Source: Nemertoderma westbladi
Taxonomy: Eukaryota > Animalia > Xenacoelomorpha
Length of the DNA: 64,000 nt
Direction: 5' to 3'
Assembly: GCA_032718475.1 (NCBI GenBank)
Contig: JAUCBJ010000118.1
Location: forward strand, 709 to 64,708
How positions within the stretch are numbered: position 1 is the first letter of the stretch; each line of letters opens with the position of its first letter. The notes under the pieces are model-generated. The model saw only the letters and a program-made list of their open reading frames with translations, did not search any database and was not told the DNA's origin. A program made the translations under genes and the position numbers. Below, piece by piece: positions 32,158 through 46,089 of the stretch.

Positions 32158-32592
32158 GGCTGGGCTCTAACTGCTGAGGACACCAAATCTCTGGATGGCA
32201 CATTCACAAGAATGCTACGCCGGGTACATTGTGTCAAGTACAATGCACACATCCCCAACCAGACCCTATATAACATTGGAGGTGTCTCATTGGTTCCCCC
32301 AAGCTTGACACTAGAACAAAATCGCCTCCGCTTTGCAGGACATTGCTTTCGCCGTGAGGACCAGCCAGTGCATAATCTTGTACTTTGGCAGCCTCATGGA
32401 GTGAATAAGCATGGTGGACAGCCCATGACTTTCTTGAGACGCATCTTAAAGGACACTGGCCTTAAAGATGCGGATGATCTAGCAAATGTCATGGGTGATA
32501 GGGAGTTGTGGCGGTGCAATTTTGTTGACAAGCCGGCACAGCATTCTTAAAAATGCAGCTGCAATGCAGCATGCCGATCCTAGTAGTAGTAG
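32158..32592 (+). mobile_element. RTE-like LINE 3' fragment (copy 3) nested in the P element, 12-bp TSD
   Basis: Same sequence as the other copies, with (TAG)n tail. TSD tacagtacctac at 32146-32157 and 32593-32604. Confidence 0.93.
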
Positions 32593-32629
32593 TACAGTAC
32601 CTACAGTACAGTATATAAATTAATAACGA

Positions 32630-35600
32630 ATGCCTCGTGTTTGTTGTGTACCTAATTGTGGGGTGAGGGCCGGGCCTAGTGCTACGGTATACTGTATACC
32701 CAAGGACACATCAACTAGGGACAAGTGGCTTAAAGCAGTGAGAAAGCCAGGGGTGTTTTCCTGCGACAGTTTTGGTGTCTGTTGCAGACATTTTTCACAA
32801 AGCGACTTCATTGCTAAGCCATTTAAAAGAAAAGAGCTGAGAGATTCCGCTGTGCCATCATTAAATCTACCAGGATCAGAGAAGAGTGAAACAACACTTT
32901 CTAAACGTGATAACTTCTATGGTAGACGCAAAAAACCAACAAACCGGATAACACTGACAAAGGACTTCGATAGGGACCAAGAGTCAAAATTTAGAGACTT
33001 GGATCAACTGGTGGGTGTGACAGTTACTTACAAAAAGTATTTCAGTACCCATTTTAAGTAAGCTAAGTACGCTAAGGCGAGCCTTAGTGTACTGGTATCA
33101 TTAGGCAACGGTGTCTGTCTGGTTAATTTTTGAGAGCCTTCTGCTCGGCTGCTATTGATGCTTATTCAATTCAATTCAATTCAATTCAATTCAATTCAAT
33201 TCAATGTAATCGTTTGTAAGTTGTACCATCTGTCTCGGATCAATGCAACAGTATGCCGCTAGGGGGCGCTAACGATCTGAATGTTTTTCTTAATATGGAA
33301 TTTTAAAAATTTTGGCATGCGTAGTATACTGCTTACTAGTAATCGTTCTTATTCTCCACGGTCTGTCTGCGGGGTGAGCCTGTCTGTCTGTCTACGCGTT
33401 TGAAACCTTGATAGAGTATATATAGAGTATATAGAATATAGACCAATATTTCTCATTTTGCAGACTTGGGATGCTCAAGCTATAAACAAATGGTTTAGAG
33501 AGGATGAAGTGTTTAACAATCGGAATGTAAGCATATTTTGCTATGGCAAAGAAGGAGCTATGTGTATTTCGGAAACATTCCCAGAGGCACCTGAATGTAG
33601 CTACATAATCAATGTATCGCATGATGTCTTTGATGTTTACCGTAATGGGAGTACAATTCCATTATCAAATTTCAGTTTTTTGGATAGAAGGCTCTGCGGA
33701 TTTGAAAAAGTCAAATGCAAGAGTGTGTTATACAGACTGATGAATGAAATAAAAAACTACGAAGATCCAAAGTATGATAACGAAATCATCCGCTTCCTTG
33801 TGAGAAACAAGCATCGCCGTCGGGTTTTAAGTTTCGAACCTTCATTGATTAAGAAAGCACTTATGATTAGATATAGAAGTAAGGCAGCCTACGAGGAACT
33901 CTTGTCTGTCTTTCCTCAGTTCCCTAGTCTATCTGTTTTGGAGAAAATAACTAAAGGATCCATCGATTCATACAAACTTCTCCAGAAAATGAAGATGGAC
34001 AAAAACGTTGTTGTGTATTTGGACGAAATTCACTTGCAGAAAGAGGCGGTTTTTGCACAAGGTGGTGTTACAGAATCGGATATAGGATCTTTGAATAGTT
34101 TTATGGTTAGAGGTCTGAGTCATGGGCAACCATTAGTAGTGAAATATGTACCCACTGCAACCGCTATGACAGGACGGGAGATAATTAGTAACTTAGAAGA
34201 AGTTTGCAGCAACCTAAGATCAGTCCAAACATCGCCACGAGTGGTGACAAGTGATAATTCACCAACAAACGCTAATGCTATATTTAAGCATTTTGACAAT
34301 TCAGAAATTTTACAAGGTATCATTCCGCTCTTCGATTATAACCATCTATTAAAGAATACCAGGAATAATTGGTTCAAACTAGGCATCTTTGTTTTACCAC
34401 AGTTCAAGTGGCAGTTTAAGAATGATACGATTGAACTTTCACCAGGTAGTGAAGCAAAGGTTAGTGATGTGGCCGAAGTTTATTGTTTGGACACTTCTCA
34501 TAATACTACCGCTCATTTACGACGAGCACCCAAGCTAACATTCTCGACATTACATGTCCAGAAGAAAAAACAAAACACTCAGCTTATGCTAAATCTTTAC
34601 AGCGATTGTACAGAGAGTGCTCTGAGATATTATATTGACAGAAACAGTCCGACAGCAAATTTTGTGCGATTGATGAGGTTATTTTGGGCATTTATGAACA
34701 CCAAAACTAGGAATCCGAAGACATCCACTAAGTATACTGAGACACACCACAAAAACCAGATTGAGAGACGAAGTTTCTTGAAATACTTTGGCGATTGGGT
34801 GGAGGCATGGCGAGATTCGGGAAAGCCAGGTCTATCACCTCAAACCTTTAACGCCCTCCTATTGACTGTGCGCAATACAGAGAAAGTGTTTAAACTCGTG
34901 TTTGAGGAACTGGGATACAGCTTGTTTAACACTCATGTCCTTGGAGACGATGCATTGGAGTTACATTACTCTAAATAGACAAATGTCTGGTGGCCGGTTT
35001 CTAATTGCTCTTCGAGACGCTCTAAACTCCAATAAAATTTTATCAATACGACTAATCATAGATGAAGACCTCGAAGTATCCGACTTTCTGTTGAAGAAAG
35101 ATTTCCACAATGAAGCCGCGTTGTTATTCGATGAAGTGTCTGAAATTGTGGATGAAGATGAGTTTCGTTGTCTAACTGTCAATGAAGAATCTCTAGATAT
35201 TGTTGAATACATCTCAGGATGGATTGTGAAAACAGTAGGGGTCAACTGCCTACACTGTAATTTAAACGGTACAAATGACATCATTAGCGATTCTAAAAGA
35301 AGTGGGTCTACATCTAATGAGTCATCTCGCCACTTTCTACATGATATAAATCGCGGTGGTTTAACCATTCCACATCAAAATCTTGTCAACTTCGTTTGTA
35401 ATTGCCTCGGTAACCTAGAAGTAGCATATAAATTCCTGCAAAAAAATATTAAAGATGACAAATTCATATCAGCCAAAGTTCTCTTTCAGTACCTACAAAT
35501 GCTTCCAGTAGATTCTTTGCATACAAGATCAATAATTTGCGATATTCACTCCAGTCATTCCTCGAAATTTTTACGCAAAATTATCAACGTGTTTCTGAAG

Positions 35601-35708
35601 GCACAGAGAAATCACTTGGCTGAGCTAATAGCTGAGAAAGAAAGCTACAAGACTGGGTTGGACGGTTTTAAGGCGCCTCAGCGAAACAAGGGAAGGAAAT
35701 TGATCTGA
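32630..35708 (+). pseudogene. THAP-domain P-element transposase (~875 aa if repaired): exon 1 32630-33010, intron 33011-33463, exon 2 33464-35708, one frameshift at ~34976
   Basis: THAP C2CH (CCVPNC...W...CCRHF...AVPSL). The GT..TTTTGCAG intron joins in phase 0. Catalytic motifs YLDEI, TSDN, FDYNHLLKNTRN and DALELHYSK-(shift)-RQMSGG; C-terminal EYISGWIVK, RGGLTIP. Confidence 0.9.
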
Positions 35709-37260
35709 AGCGCCGGTTGGAGGAATAAGAAAAATAATGCTGGGTTACAGAGCAGATCAGGCAACTTATTGATGAAACGGAAGCTATAGTGTATGTATAT
35801 TGCTTTAACCTTTGAACAAATTTGGAAGCAATATTTACTGTATTTTCACTCATCGTTGTCTCAAAAAATGAAAAATGTCTGTTGCCATGGCAACGAGATC
35901 GATGACCACCAATTTTTTTTTCAAAATTTTTATTCATGCATCGAGTACAATAGATTAAAGCAATAAAAAGAATGACTCGTGAAATCGGACATCTATCTGG
36001 CTCCGTGTATATTTAGTATTCCATGACATACCCCAGGGGTAACAGACCTATGTACAGTATTCTTACAGACCCAGAAAGATGTCTGGATGAAAGCTAGTAT
36101 AACAATAGGTTATAGAAAGTAATTTTAGCTAGTCTTTTCTGTAAGTATACAATAGGTAGTGAGGAATTACTTACAATGTAATTAATGAAGCGTTCCTTAA
36201 TGAGTAACAAAAATGTAGAATAATAATGATTATTAATAATCACGAAAAGATAGCAACTAGAAATTAAAAAATTCTAGAAACATAATTAAAGTAAAGGATA
36301 ACAATTGCTAAATAGGGGAGAAAATCACATAACTGTAATTTGTAATTTGATTTAGAAAATTGTAGAAATTAGACGAGAAAATAGAGTGTAGTCCATCTCA
36401 GATCTGATTGAAACTTAAATTAGTTATCTGTTCATCCAGCTGACTGGATGGCAGAGAAAAGCGTGAAAAAGCGGAAATCGGAAATAGAGAAAAGGATATG
36501 ATAATCGATTGGATGAAGAGGAAGCTGGAGGAGAAAACGAGGAATTACTACGAGTGACTTCCTAAGACTGAGAGAGCATACGTGGTTCAAGTCCAATATT
36601 GGGACATGCACGAACGGCAGTTGGTGGGGACATAGGGATGGTGTCACTAGACAATGCGAAAAACGAGTATTTCGGCTCGAATTCCGTATGTGCCAACATT
36701 TTCAGTTTGCTCTAAAATGTGTTTAGTTTACTAGCTACTACTTTTTAATGTTAGTGTGAAGTATTCTAGGATATTTCGAATTATTTTTTTGTTAAATAAT
36801 GTTCTAGAACATATAATTTTTTGTTCTAGAAATTTTTTTAAAAATTGTATTTTTTTGTCGTGAAGGGTAAGGAGGGTTCCTTCAGGATTCCGACCCACAA
36901 GAAGGACTACTCGAAGAAGTAGTGGAAGAAGTTTGTGGACTTTATATATAAAGAGGGCTATATGGTCCTGGACAACGAGGGCACTATTAAGGACTACAAG
37001 AACTCGAGTAAGGGGTCAGCGTGACCAAGCAAGGCCATTTTGCTACATATGTGGCGTGACACCTAGAAAAGGGATTAACTGGTCATCAGGAAGATTTTGA
37101 GTTATTCATAAAAGTGAATAGAAAATTTATTTACCTTTCGAATGCGCTATAATACTTGCCTTGAATGTTATTTTAATAAGTATTCGAAAAATGAAATTGA
37201 AGTAGTCGTGTCCATCAAAAATTCATTTACGAGACCCCATTTCCAGAGGTTAAAGTGGGT

Positions 37261-38075
37261 ACTAGTGTGTTATAGGTACAACCCCCCCCCCCCCCTCAAA
37301 TTTTTTTACAAGCTAGTTTTTGCTATTTTTTTTATGAAATGTTCTAGAACATGAGATACATTAAAAAAAAAATGTTCTAGAACAAATATTTTTTGTTCTA
37401 GAACAAATTTTAAAAAAAGCTTTAAAATTTTATTTTTTGTTAGTTATGTTTTATTTAATGTCGAGGAAATTAAATTTTCTAGAATATTCGAAATTCTACA
37501 GCTAAGAGTTTCATTGGAAGCTTCTACACAAAGAAAACCCATTTTCTGCTCTGTTGGATTTGATCAGAAAATATTACCCGCTGTCTGCTAAATAATAAAT
37601 ATTATACAGTATACGTATTCTAAGCATATCATTAATTTCTGAATATAATGACCTCAATACAGTTAATTTTTTAATTTTAATTAGCTATTAAAAAAATACT
37701 AGCTAACCCCTCCCAAACCCATCTTGCCAGCAACGATTAAAAATTATATGAAACAAATTCTAAATAAAAATAAAAAAATAAAATTTTATATTTTTTGAAC
37801 TGTTCTAGAATAAAAACTATTTGTTCTAGAACTTTTTTTTCTAGTTCTGAATAGCTAAAATGTTCTAGAACATTATTAAAAAATAAAAATAGTACCGGTA
37901 CATTTATTTTTTAAATTTTTTTTTAATTGTTCTAGAACAAGAAATATTTTTTCTAGAACATATATATATATATATTTTTAATAGCTAACGTGTTCTAGTA
38001 CATGTTCATAAAAAGAAATAGCAAAAACTAGCTAGTAAAAAAAATTTAAGGGGGGTGTACCTATAACACACTAGT
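37261..38075. mobile_element. MITE/foldback element with repeated GTTCTAGAAC palindromes
   Basis: actagtgtgttataggtaca...ccccc / gggggtgtacctataacacactagt ends with ~150-bp imperfect arms; related TTCTAGAA repeats at ~36760-36840 and 55725-55960. Confidence 0.75.
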
Positions 38076-38726
38076 GCCTGAAAGTGAAATCACGCAAATT
38101 ATTCTATAAATTAAGTTGTTTGTTATTTTCTGATGTCAATTCTAAGTGTAGTTAGATTTTTTGGGGTCCTAATTCCACTGGAAATTTTAAAAAAATTTGT
38201 CTGATCGAGAAAATTTTTATATTTTTGGCCAAATTTTGGTACGAAGAGTGCAAGTAGTCGTCGAATGGAGACATCTTTCTGTTCGAGTTGGTGATGTATG
38301 AGAGGAAGGATGGGCCGAAACTAGATCGTCTGCCGGACTCTGTGCAATGACTAGTTAAAAAGGAGACGTCGTGGATGCGTCGAACCTCCTGGACATGCAG
38401 GTGATCTATATGGCTATGGCGAGGCCAGGAGGGGTTGTGATTGGTGGAGAATATGGGACAGTGCGGTGTCGTGGCCATGGGGCTGATGATGGGGCTCATG
38501 GCTCATAAGCCAATGGAATGGAAGAAGTTCCGGGAAGAATATAGAGCAGAACTAACAGAGTCGCTGAAGTGGGAGGCAAGATCAAGGCGGCAAGAATTAT
38601 ATATGTGACTTCTGGATGGTGAATATTTGGCTGTACCAAAAGAGGTAAATCCTACAGGAGGATTGGGTGATGATTGGGTTGATAAATGTCGGGGTTAGTG
38701 ACCGCTATGGGTCATATGTGACTTCA

Positions 38727-40354
38727 GAAGTGAAGATTGCCCCCCATCGTTTCTCTGTCCCCCTTCCTCGTGTCACGTACATAGGCCCCCAGTAGTCACA
38801 TCCACAGTAGATAAAACAGGGTTCGAATGCGGTTATCCTGTCTAGAGGTAGGGGCGCCTTCAGTTGTTTCATGGCTCTGGGGTGTATTTTTTTACAGGTT
38901 ATGCATCTAGATAGGATTTTCTTGACTAGTGCTTGTCCACCTATGATCCAAAAACGCTTCCTAACGCTTGCCGCGGTATGCTCTCGGCCTGCGTGCAAGT
39001 TGTGTCGGTGCAGCTGCGTGATGACCATTATGGCCATAAGACCCTCTGAGTGGAGGATTATCGGCTCCTTCATGTCGCGGTCTACCGGAGCCTGTACAAT
39101 TCTACTCAGTGGCGTGGTGGGACCCAGTAAGGGGCCCAGGAAATCCCAAAATAAGGGCCCATACATAAATGCTAGATCACCTCGAATTTTGACCAACCCC
39201 CCCCTTCACAGCCTCATGCACAAAATATTTTCTAGAAAAAGGCTATTATAAATTTTTAAAGAAACATATATAATGGCACAATTAATCATAATAATACTGT
39301 ATAAGTAGTGATAGGGCAGTACACAATATATTTATTTAAACTTTTGACTTTTTACTGCGAAGTTTCGATTTAGTTCTATTTATAGTTGTTGCAAAGGCTT
39401 CAAAATGTAGAGCTTCCTTCGTAAAGTTTTTCAATTATAACAGATGGTTCAAATTCCTTGGTACAACACCTGTTTAAATTCATCAGGAGAAATGCCTCCA
39501 AATGTTAGTGAGATTGCATGAAACTTGAAATAGAGGTAGAATCACGCAACTCCTGGGTGGATCGTGGGTGAGTCAGACTTTCAACTATTAGAGTACAAGT
39601 GTTTAAAAAAAGGTCGACATTGCACCAGTTACACCATACACCGCAGTTATTCTTCAACCTTATCTGCCTATAATAGTAACAGTCGTTGTCTCCTCTAAAT
39701 CCCGTAATAATTAAGGTAATCGCAACATGAAACGGTGAAACGTGTTATAAGTCCTCGGCTTCGCCTCGGACATTATAACAGTCTTTGGACGAAATAATAG
39801 TTACTCGTATAAAATATCCGTACAAAATAACAAATAACAGTTCAATAAAGATAGTTGTAAAGGGAAAAAATTTACTTTTGAACCCAGAAAACGTTTATAG
39901 GCAATAAAATAAAAATTAACCAAAAGGTAATACAACATTGTTGCGCGGGTGTTGCCTGCATGTATTTTACACGTTTTTGTGTGGTATTGTCAAATAATTT
40001 ACAATAGTTTTTGAGTTATTCAAAAAAATCAAGTCTCCCTTACTCTCCCTAGTGAAGGAAAGCTGGAGAAAGGGATTCCAAATATGTAGAATTTCGTTGA
40101 AAAATGGCCGACATATTCAATAATTAGGGCGTTCAATAATGTTGCATATAGTGTTGAACCTCTACATTCTTAAAGTGAATTAAGCCATGGGACTGGGAGG
40201 CACAATAAAACACGATAAAGTGAATAAATAATAAATTAAATTAAAAGCACCGTCACTTAGATATACTGAAGTAGAGTTGATGAATCAGGTGGAGATTCTA
40301 TTTAATAAATAAACCATATTCTGGAACATTTTGTTAATGTATGAATAGCTACAT

Positions 40355-40420
<66 letters not shown>

Positions 40421-43400
40421 CTTCCTCAGGACATTGACAGTATATTATATTATATTCATCTTTAAAAATAAAACACAAAGCACAAAAATTACTGGACAAA
40501 CATAATTCAACCACCACCAGCTGTCATTACCCATCACCTAGCAACCGTATGAACACAACAGTAGAATATTGCCTACAGGACTGCAATACCAGTACTGTCT
40601 GCAGCTAATACCTGAATACTGCAGTACTGTAATGAACTAGCCCATCACACCGGATTGCTGTCGGCGTTACTGAGGACGATAGACGTTTCCCCAACATCGC
40701 ACCTCACCGGTACATAGCTACATAATAGTATGATTAAAGAGTTATTGCATAGTTGCCCATCTACGTATTGATAAACAAAATGTTCCAGAATATGGTGTAT
40801 TTATTAAATATAATAAAATAATCTCACAGAGGTGCAAAACTATGTAACATTTGAACGATCACATCTCGGCTATTGTTCAACGAAATTCAGATTGTGTTAC
40901 ATATTTGGAATCCTTGCATGTCCAGCTTTCCATCCGTACAATCATATCTCAATAACGTTAAATAAAAACTTCGGTATAACTGGTGCAATAACGACCGAGG
41001 CACCTTTCTTAAACGCCTTTAACTAAAAAATGAGAACAAAAATAACAATTCTTACTCACCCACCCAACCCACGAGGGTCAAATTTCATTCAAACCCATTC
41101 AGATTTATATAAAAACTATTATTTTTTTGGGGGGGGGGGGGGGGGTGTAGCTGAATAACGACACTATATTCCAGGAAATGGTGTACTGTAATCAGGTAGG
41201 TGTATAACAATGAGTGTAATATGAAGACTGACAGGACATTGGGAATTAACAGTTATTACATACTATCCAATGACTTCTAGACTAACTGACCAATCAGACA
41301 ACATGTTGACCAGCGTTCTCAGATAAGATTACATCATTTTTAATACATTAGAGTACCTACCTACCTACCTCTATTTCATGGGAGATGACTGGTATATTGA
41401 ACTCTGCTGGTGGATGGTCAGCTCAGGTGAAACGAATGCATTCCCAACTATATAGTTATGTACATACACAGCACACAGCATTAGAAGGGAAGAGTAACAA
41501 CTCAATATTTACAGACAGACTACTGCTAAAGAAAGGCTGGCCATTATTGGGTAATGAATGAGGCAGGGCATAGAACAGGTGTAGTTGGAGTATGTCTCCA
41601 TCGTGAATTCCATCTGGTCTGGCGGGCTGGCACTAAATGTAACTTCAACACAGTTTGCCTTGCTTGACGCCTGGGAGAATTTTTCAATATAGAATAATAC
41701 TGGTATGAGCTCCTATCAACGTTTACTACCCCCCCCCCCCCCCATCATCCTCTCTAACCCTCTTAGATTAGTGCTGTGCTTGGTAACTGCGACATGGGGC
41801 CTTTATAACTATTGTTTTGGTTTCGTTGCTTATATTTTATTGGAAAAATGTAATACCTACTACTATATTTTTTTATAACATCAATATAATTTTCTACCAC
41901 TGGGGGGCCCGAGGGGCCCAGATCGTCAAGGGGGCCCGGGAATTTTCCCGAATAGATGTATGGCCACCACGCCACTGATTCTACTCCCCATTCGTAGTAT
42001 ATGATTTTCATCCAGGAAGGGATTTAGTTTATATAACGGGCTGGATTTAAGTACAGCTGCTCCACCTCGTAGTTTGTTTAACTCAGTAGGAAATTCAATT
42101 TCCTGTGAATGTTGCAGTAGTTGCCTTTCTGCCAGCAGACGTTCTCTTACGCTTAGTCTACCCTTTCCCCAACTGTTTGGCATTGTTTTCATTATGGAGT
42201 CTGAGTAATATTGCAGAGGTCTACGGTGAGTTGTTGCGGTTGTCTCGAAATTTACTTCGTGCTCTTGACGTTCTGCTTAACTAACCAGTGCGACTTGCTG
42301 CATCCATATTTTATATCTAGAATGCCATGCCACACGTTGGATGGCCTTTTCCAGTTTTTCGTTAGAGTTCAAGATTTTTTCCAATAGGTTGTTTTCAGCT
42401 AGCGGTCTCTTCGTTGCTAACATAACATCTACCTTCTGCTTAGACAGTACAGACTCTTCATAGTCTATGAGATCCTGGTAAGACATTTCGTCCACTCTCC
42501 TCTCGTTGTCTCTTAAGCGGTCGTCTGGTTTAAACGCAGTATGGTCCCCAACCGCTTCCGTGAGTGGGTGATCCACGATTGTATCGTTTATTAGAGGCTG
42601 TAGAACCCAAGACATTGGGTCACCAACATTGTTTGTCCCATTTGGATTACGCAGTTCCGTGGCAGCCAGCGGTTCTGGCTCTTTGGTATCTGCTGCGTGG
42701 TCCTGCTCGTGAACTATCGTACCTTCTTTGATCATGACTAACGCACATGCTTTACGTACTTCTTTCTACTTTGTGTTGGTTCTGGGATTCTTTTTAGTTG
42801 TTTTCGGCGAAAATCTGTTCGTGCCTCCACCGCATTGTCTAGTTCAGGTTCATGTATGTATGGTACGTCGTCCCTTGGGTTCATGTCCCCTGGCAAGGGG
42901 TTTTTCTTTAGCTCCATACCTAGCTCTGGCTGCTTCCCCATATACATGAAGTCTGCTGATGGCCATTCTGTCTGACTGGTTAGAAGAAATTGTGGCCCTT
43001 CACTCCATATCTTGAAGCTTTTGATGAACTCTCGCGGGAATGCACCCCTACTTGCCATATCAGCTGGGTTGTCCTTACCCCTAACGTGGTGCCATTGGTC
43101 TGGTCTCGATACGGATGTAATTTCGTGTACTCGGTTCAGTATGAAGGTGGGATACCTCCTTCCCTCGTTTGCTATATAGTTTAAGGTTGTTCGTGAGTCA
43201 CTCCAGTAGTGTGCTTGGTTGATTTTAATATCTATTTCCTCCAGGATGGTTCTTGCAAGTTGGATTGCTAAAACGGCAGATTGGAGTTCCTTCCTTGGTA
43301 TTGATATAAACTTGTAGTGAGATGTCCGTGTTTTCGAGGCTACAAAGGCAGTCATAGCTGTGCACTCCAGCTCATCAAGTTGCTCAGTCAGCACTGGCTC

Positions 43401-43555
43401 TAATGGTATAGGTTCCTTCATCATCAACTTCCTTAAATACGCTACTGCTCCATAGCCAGTCTCACATGCGTCGCAGAATGTATGCAGCTCTATCGAATCT
43501 GAGTCATCCCTATCTGGAAAATACGGTCTTGCAAACTTGACTTGATTGACTAGAT
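38727..43555 (-). mobile_element. BEL/Pao pol fragment (RNase H and integrase zinc-binding region), interrupted by other insertions
   Basis: ELHTFCDACETGYGAVAY (~43440-43490), SIPRKELQSA, YWSDS, WHHVRGKDNPADMASRG, KLNPFLDE..LRMGSR, LHAGREHT..VRKRFWI..CITC, GCDYWGP. Confidence 0.88.
39545..41080. mobile_element. Degenerate MITE with long inverted arms inside the BEL fragment; includes a ~63-nt poly(T)
   Basis: Inverted pairs gtgggtgagt/actcacccac, tgcaccagtta/taactggtgca, ggattccaaatatgta/tacatatttggaatcc and ttctggaacattttgtt/aacaaaatgttccagaa. Related pieces at ~22890-23100 and 61690-62455. Boundaries approximate. Confidence 0.65.
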
Positions 43556-44550
43556 GCAGGGGTGGCAGGCAGATGATCTGATGCAGGCAGATGATCTGCC
43601 TGATGCAGGCAGACGCTATGGGTCATATGGGTAAAACTGTGAGGACCTGGCGAATATATCTCCCCGTAGATAATACACCAGGCGAGTAGCGGCCCACTGG
43701 TTGGCTTGGATCTCCAGCCCGACTGCCCGATGTGCCGTGCAGCAGCCTAGAGTCAGCGCAGCGTCACTGGTTCACGCGCACGAATTGTGAGGCTGGGGAT
43801 GTGTTTGGTTCAAACTCTTACAGCGGGCTGCTAGGGATCTGGCTATGGGGATAAGGATGTGAAAATTGCAGAGTGGTTCATTGTATAAAAATGTATCTAT
43901 AATATCTTATAAGCAGAATAAGCCTAGACACTAATGTCCCACATTTACATTTACAAACATAACAATATTGAAAATAACAGAAAGGTGACTTACCGGCATT
44001 TAATAATCTGCACAGCACAATGAAAACCCAGCACAACAGACAAGAGAGACACGGCTTCCAAAGTTTGTAATTTATTAGATTCTCCAAACTGCTCACGCTG
44101 ACAAAGAGATAATAGCACCATTGAACAACAGAACTGCATTTGAATATAGTTCGGGCGTGCGTGAGCGCTTGCGTGAGCGCGTGCGGTAACCAAATTAAGT
44201 GACCGCTATGACTGTAGGCCTTAGATGGCCAACGTACTGCACTGCTAAATAGATGACAGCACAAACCGACAAGCTATCTACCTACATACTGACAACGTGA
44301 ATTAATGACACCTGAGAAATAGAGTATACTATACTTATGGGAGCTACTCTGTACAGGGGTCAACCTGTTGTATGAAGTGTAACATTAAACTAAGTATAAA
44401 CCCCTGCTATTTGCTCGGCTATTAATTATCGAGTTTGTTAGGCGCCGGAACCAAAGCTAAAGGCTACCTCTAATCAGAGCAAATATAATCGCACGATAAT
44501 ATTATGGGCCTAGGATTTCGTTGCTAAGTAGATATCACCAGTAAATATAA

Positions 44551-45799
44551 ATGGAATACATATTAGTTCGCGAAAAGCTTATTGGAGAGAGGATGGACAA
44601 TACAATAAACGTGTTCATGACAGTGGTCATTGGCAGACAGCCGACGGCATTTCTACTTGCAGGATCACCATTGAACCACAGGAGAGCATTCAAGGTAGCT
44701 CTCGAAGGTCTAGTAGACCACCTGGCATGGAAGGGTGAGCCGGTATATTATAACACCTGGCATCTTATGGACAAAAGCATATATACTCTGGGCCAAAGAT
44801 GGGCAAAGGAGGAGGCGGAGCAGGAGGAACTACGGAGGGAGGAAGAAGCGGCCAGGAGGGACGCAGGAGGAATGGAATGGGCAGAAGAATACGGATTCGG
44901 CGAGCAGAACCTGGACGAGTTGGAATTAATCTTGGACATCTCAAGCGAGTATCAGAATCAGGAGGGAGAATGGTGGACGATGATGGGCTATCCAGAGGAG
45001 ACACCAACTCAATCAACGTATGGGGCACAGAGCAGTATGCCGATACTGTGAGGGTGCGAGGGTGATTATAGGAGGAAGAAACCGAGGGCGACTTCGAGTG
45101 AAAGGGGGGGTTTCAGGCGGGAATTGACTTGAAGAGTATTATAAAGAAATAGGATTAGGGAGTTTGGCAATACCGGATCTGGAACCACCCCAAGGAGAGA
45201 GGATGGAGGAGGATGAGTTCGGGGAGGTGCCGCTGATTGAGAGGATAGGATGAGCAGATACGGATTGGGTAGATAGAAGATCGTGATGGCCAGTGGGGCG
45301 AGGAGTTTCTGGGACATCCCAGCCAAATGGTCCTGGGAACACAAACTGGCTCTTGACGTCCCGTCAGCAACGATCATGTTGGGAGAGCAACCAGGGATGG
45401 CACCGCCTGTTTTATTTTATAATTGCTACTGAGGGAAGAGGCCGAAATCGATGTGGGTCTGAACAGGGCTGTGGGTATGTTTACATACCACAAGCTCCAT
45501 AGGCCCAAGCGAATGGGTATGCAGAAGGACCAGTTCGGAGGCAAACAAGGATAGATGGGTGCAACTATTGTGGGCAACATACCCATCAGAGAAAGAACTG
45601 TTTGTACCAGTTCGATAGGGGGGCGAGATGTACATATTGCCGCAAGACAAGCCACACCCTGGGTGTGTGTCTGGAGTTGCATAACAGATGCATGAAGTGC
45701 AGCTTCCGCGGCCTCTACGAGAACCACTGCTACAGCAGTAACAGCACTAGACAACAGCACTTTAGACGCGCAATAGGAACCTGCTTTAGCTTTTGCTAA
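44551..45799 (+). pseudogene. Decayed Gag/ORF1-like coding region with two zinc knuckles
   Basis: 166-aa acidic ORF, then purine-rich broken frames ending CTYCRKTSHTLGVC (CX2CX4HX4C) and degenerate CMKCSFRGLYENHC; AATAAA at ~45807. Confidence 0.5.
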
Positions 45800-46089
45800 A
45801 GAGTAAATAAAGGTTTTGGGTAGTTATGGAGTGTTGTACATATTTAGTTTATTTATTATTCCCCCCCCCCCCCCCCCCTCCCCCCCAACTTACAGGTGGT
45901 GTATAAATACGAACGAACATAGTCCAAATTAAGATACGAGATACACATTTCTTCATAATAATTATAATTACGAGATTAAGTTAAATATAATCACCATTAA
46001 AAACTCAATCACCAACAAATTCAATATAAATCAACATCAAACAAATAACACCAACAACATGTAATGATTACGACGAGCCAGGCGGGATG

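Larger units (their letters stand above)
31772..36025 (+). mobile_element. P-superfamily (THAP9/Galileo-like) DNA transposon, 4254 bp, with ~147-bp TIRs and 7-bp TSD
   Basis: TIRs CATGGAATACTAAATATACACGG... (31772-31918) and ...CCGTGTATATTTAGTATTCCATG (35878-36025). TSD ACATACC at 31765-31771 and 36026-36032. Confidence 0.95.

Noticed and set aside
40302-40517. Poly-lysine ORF
   Set aside because: Produced by a ~63-nt poly(T) run whose length may be unreliable.
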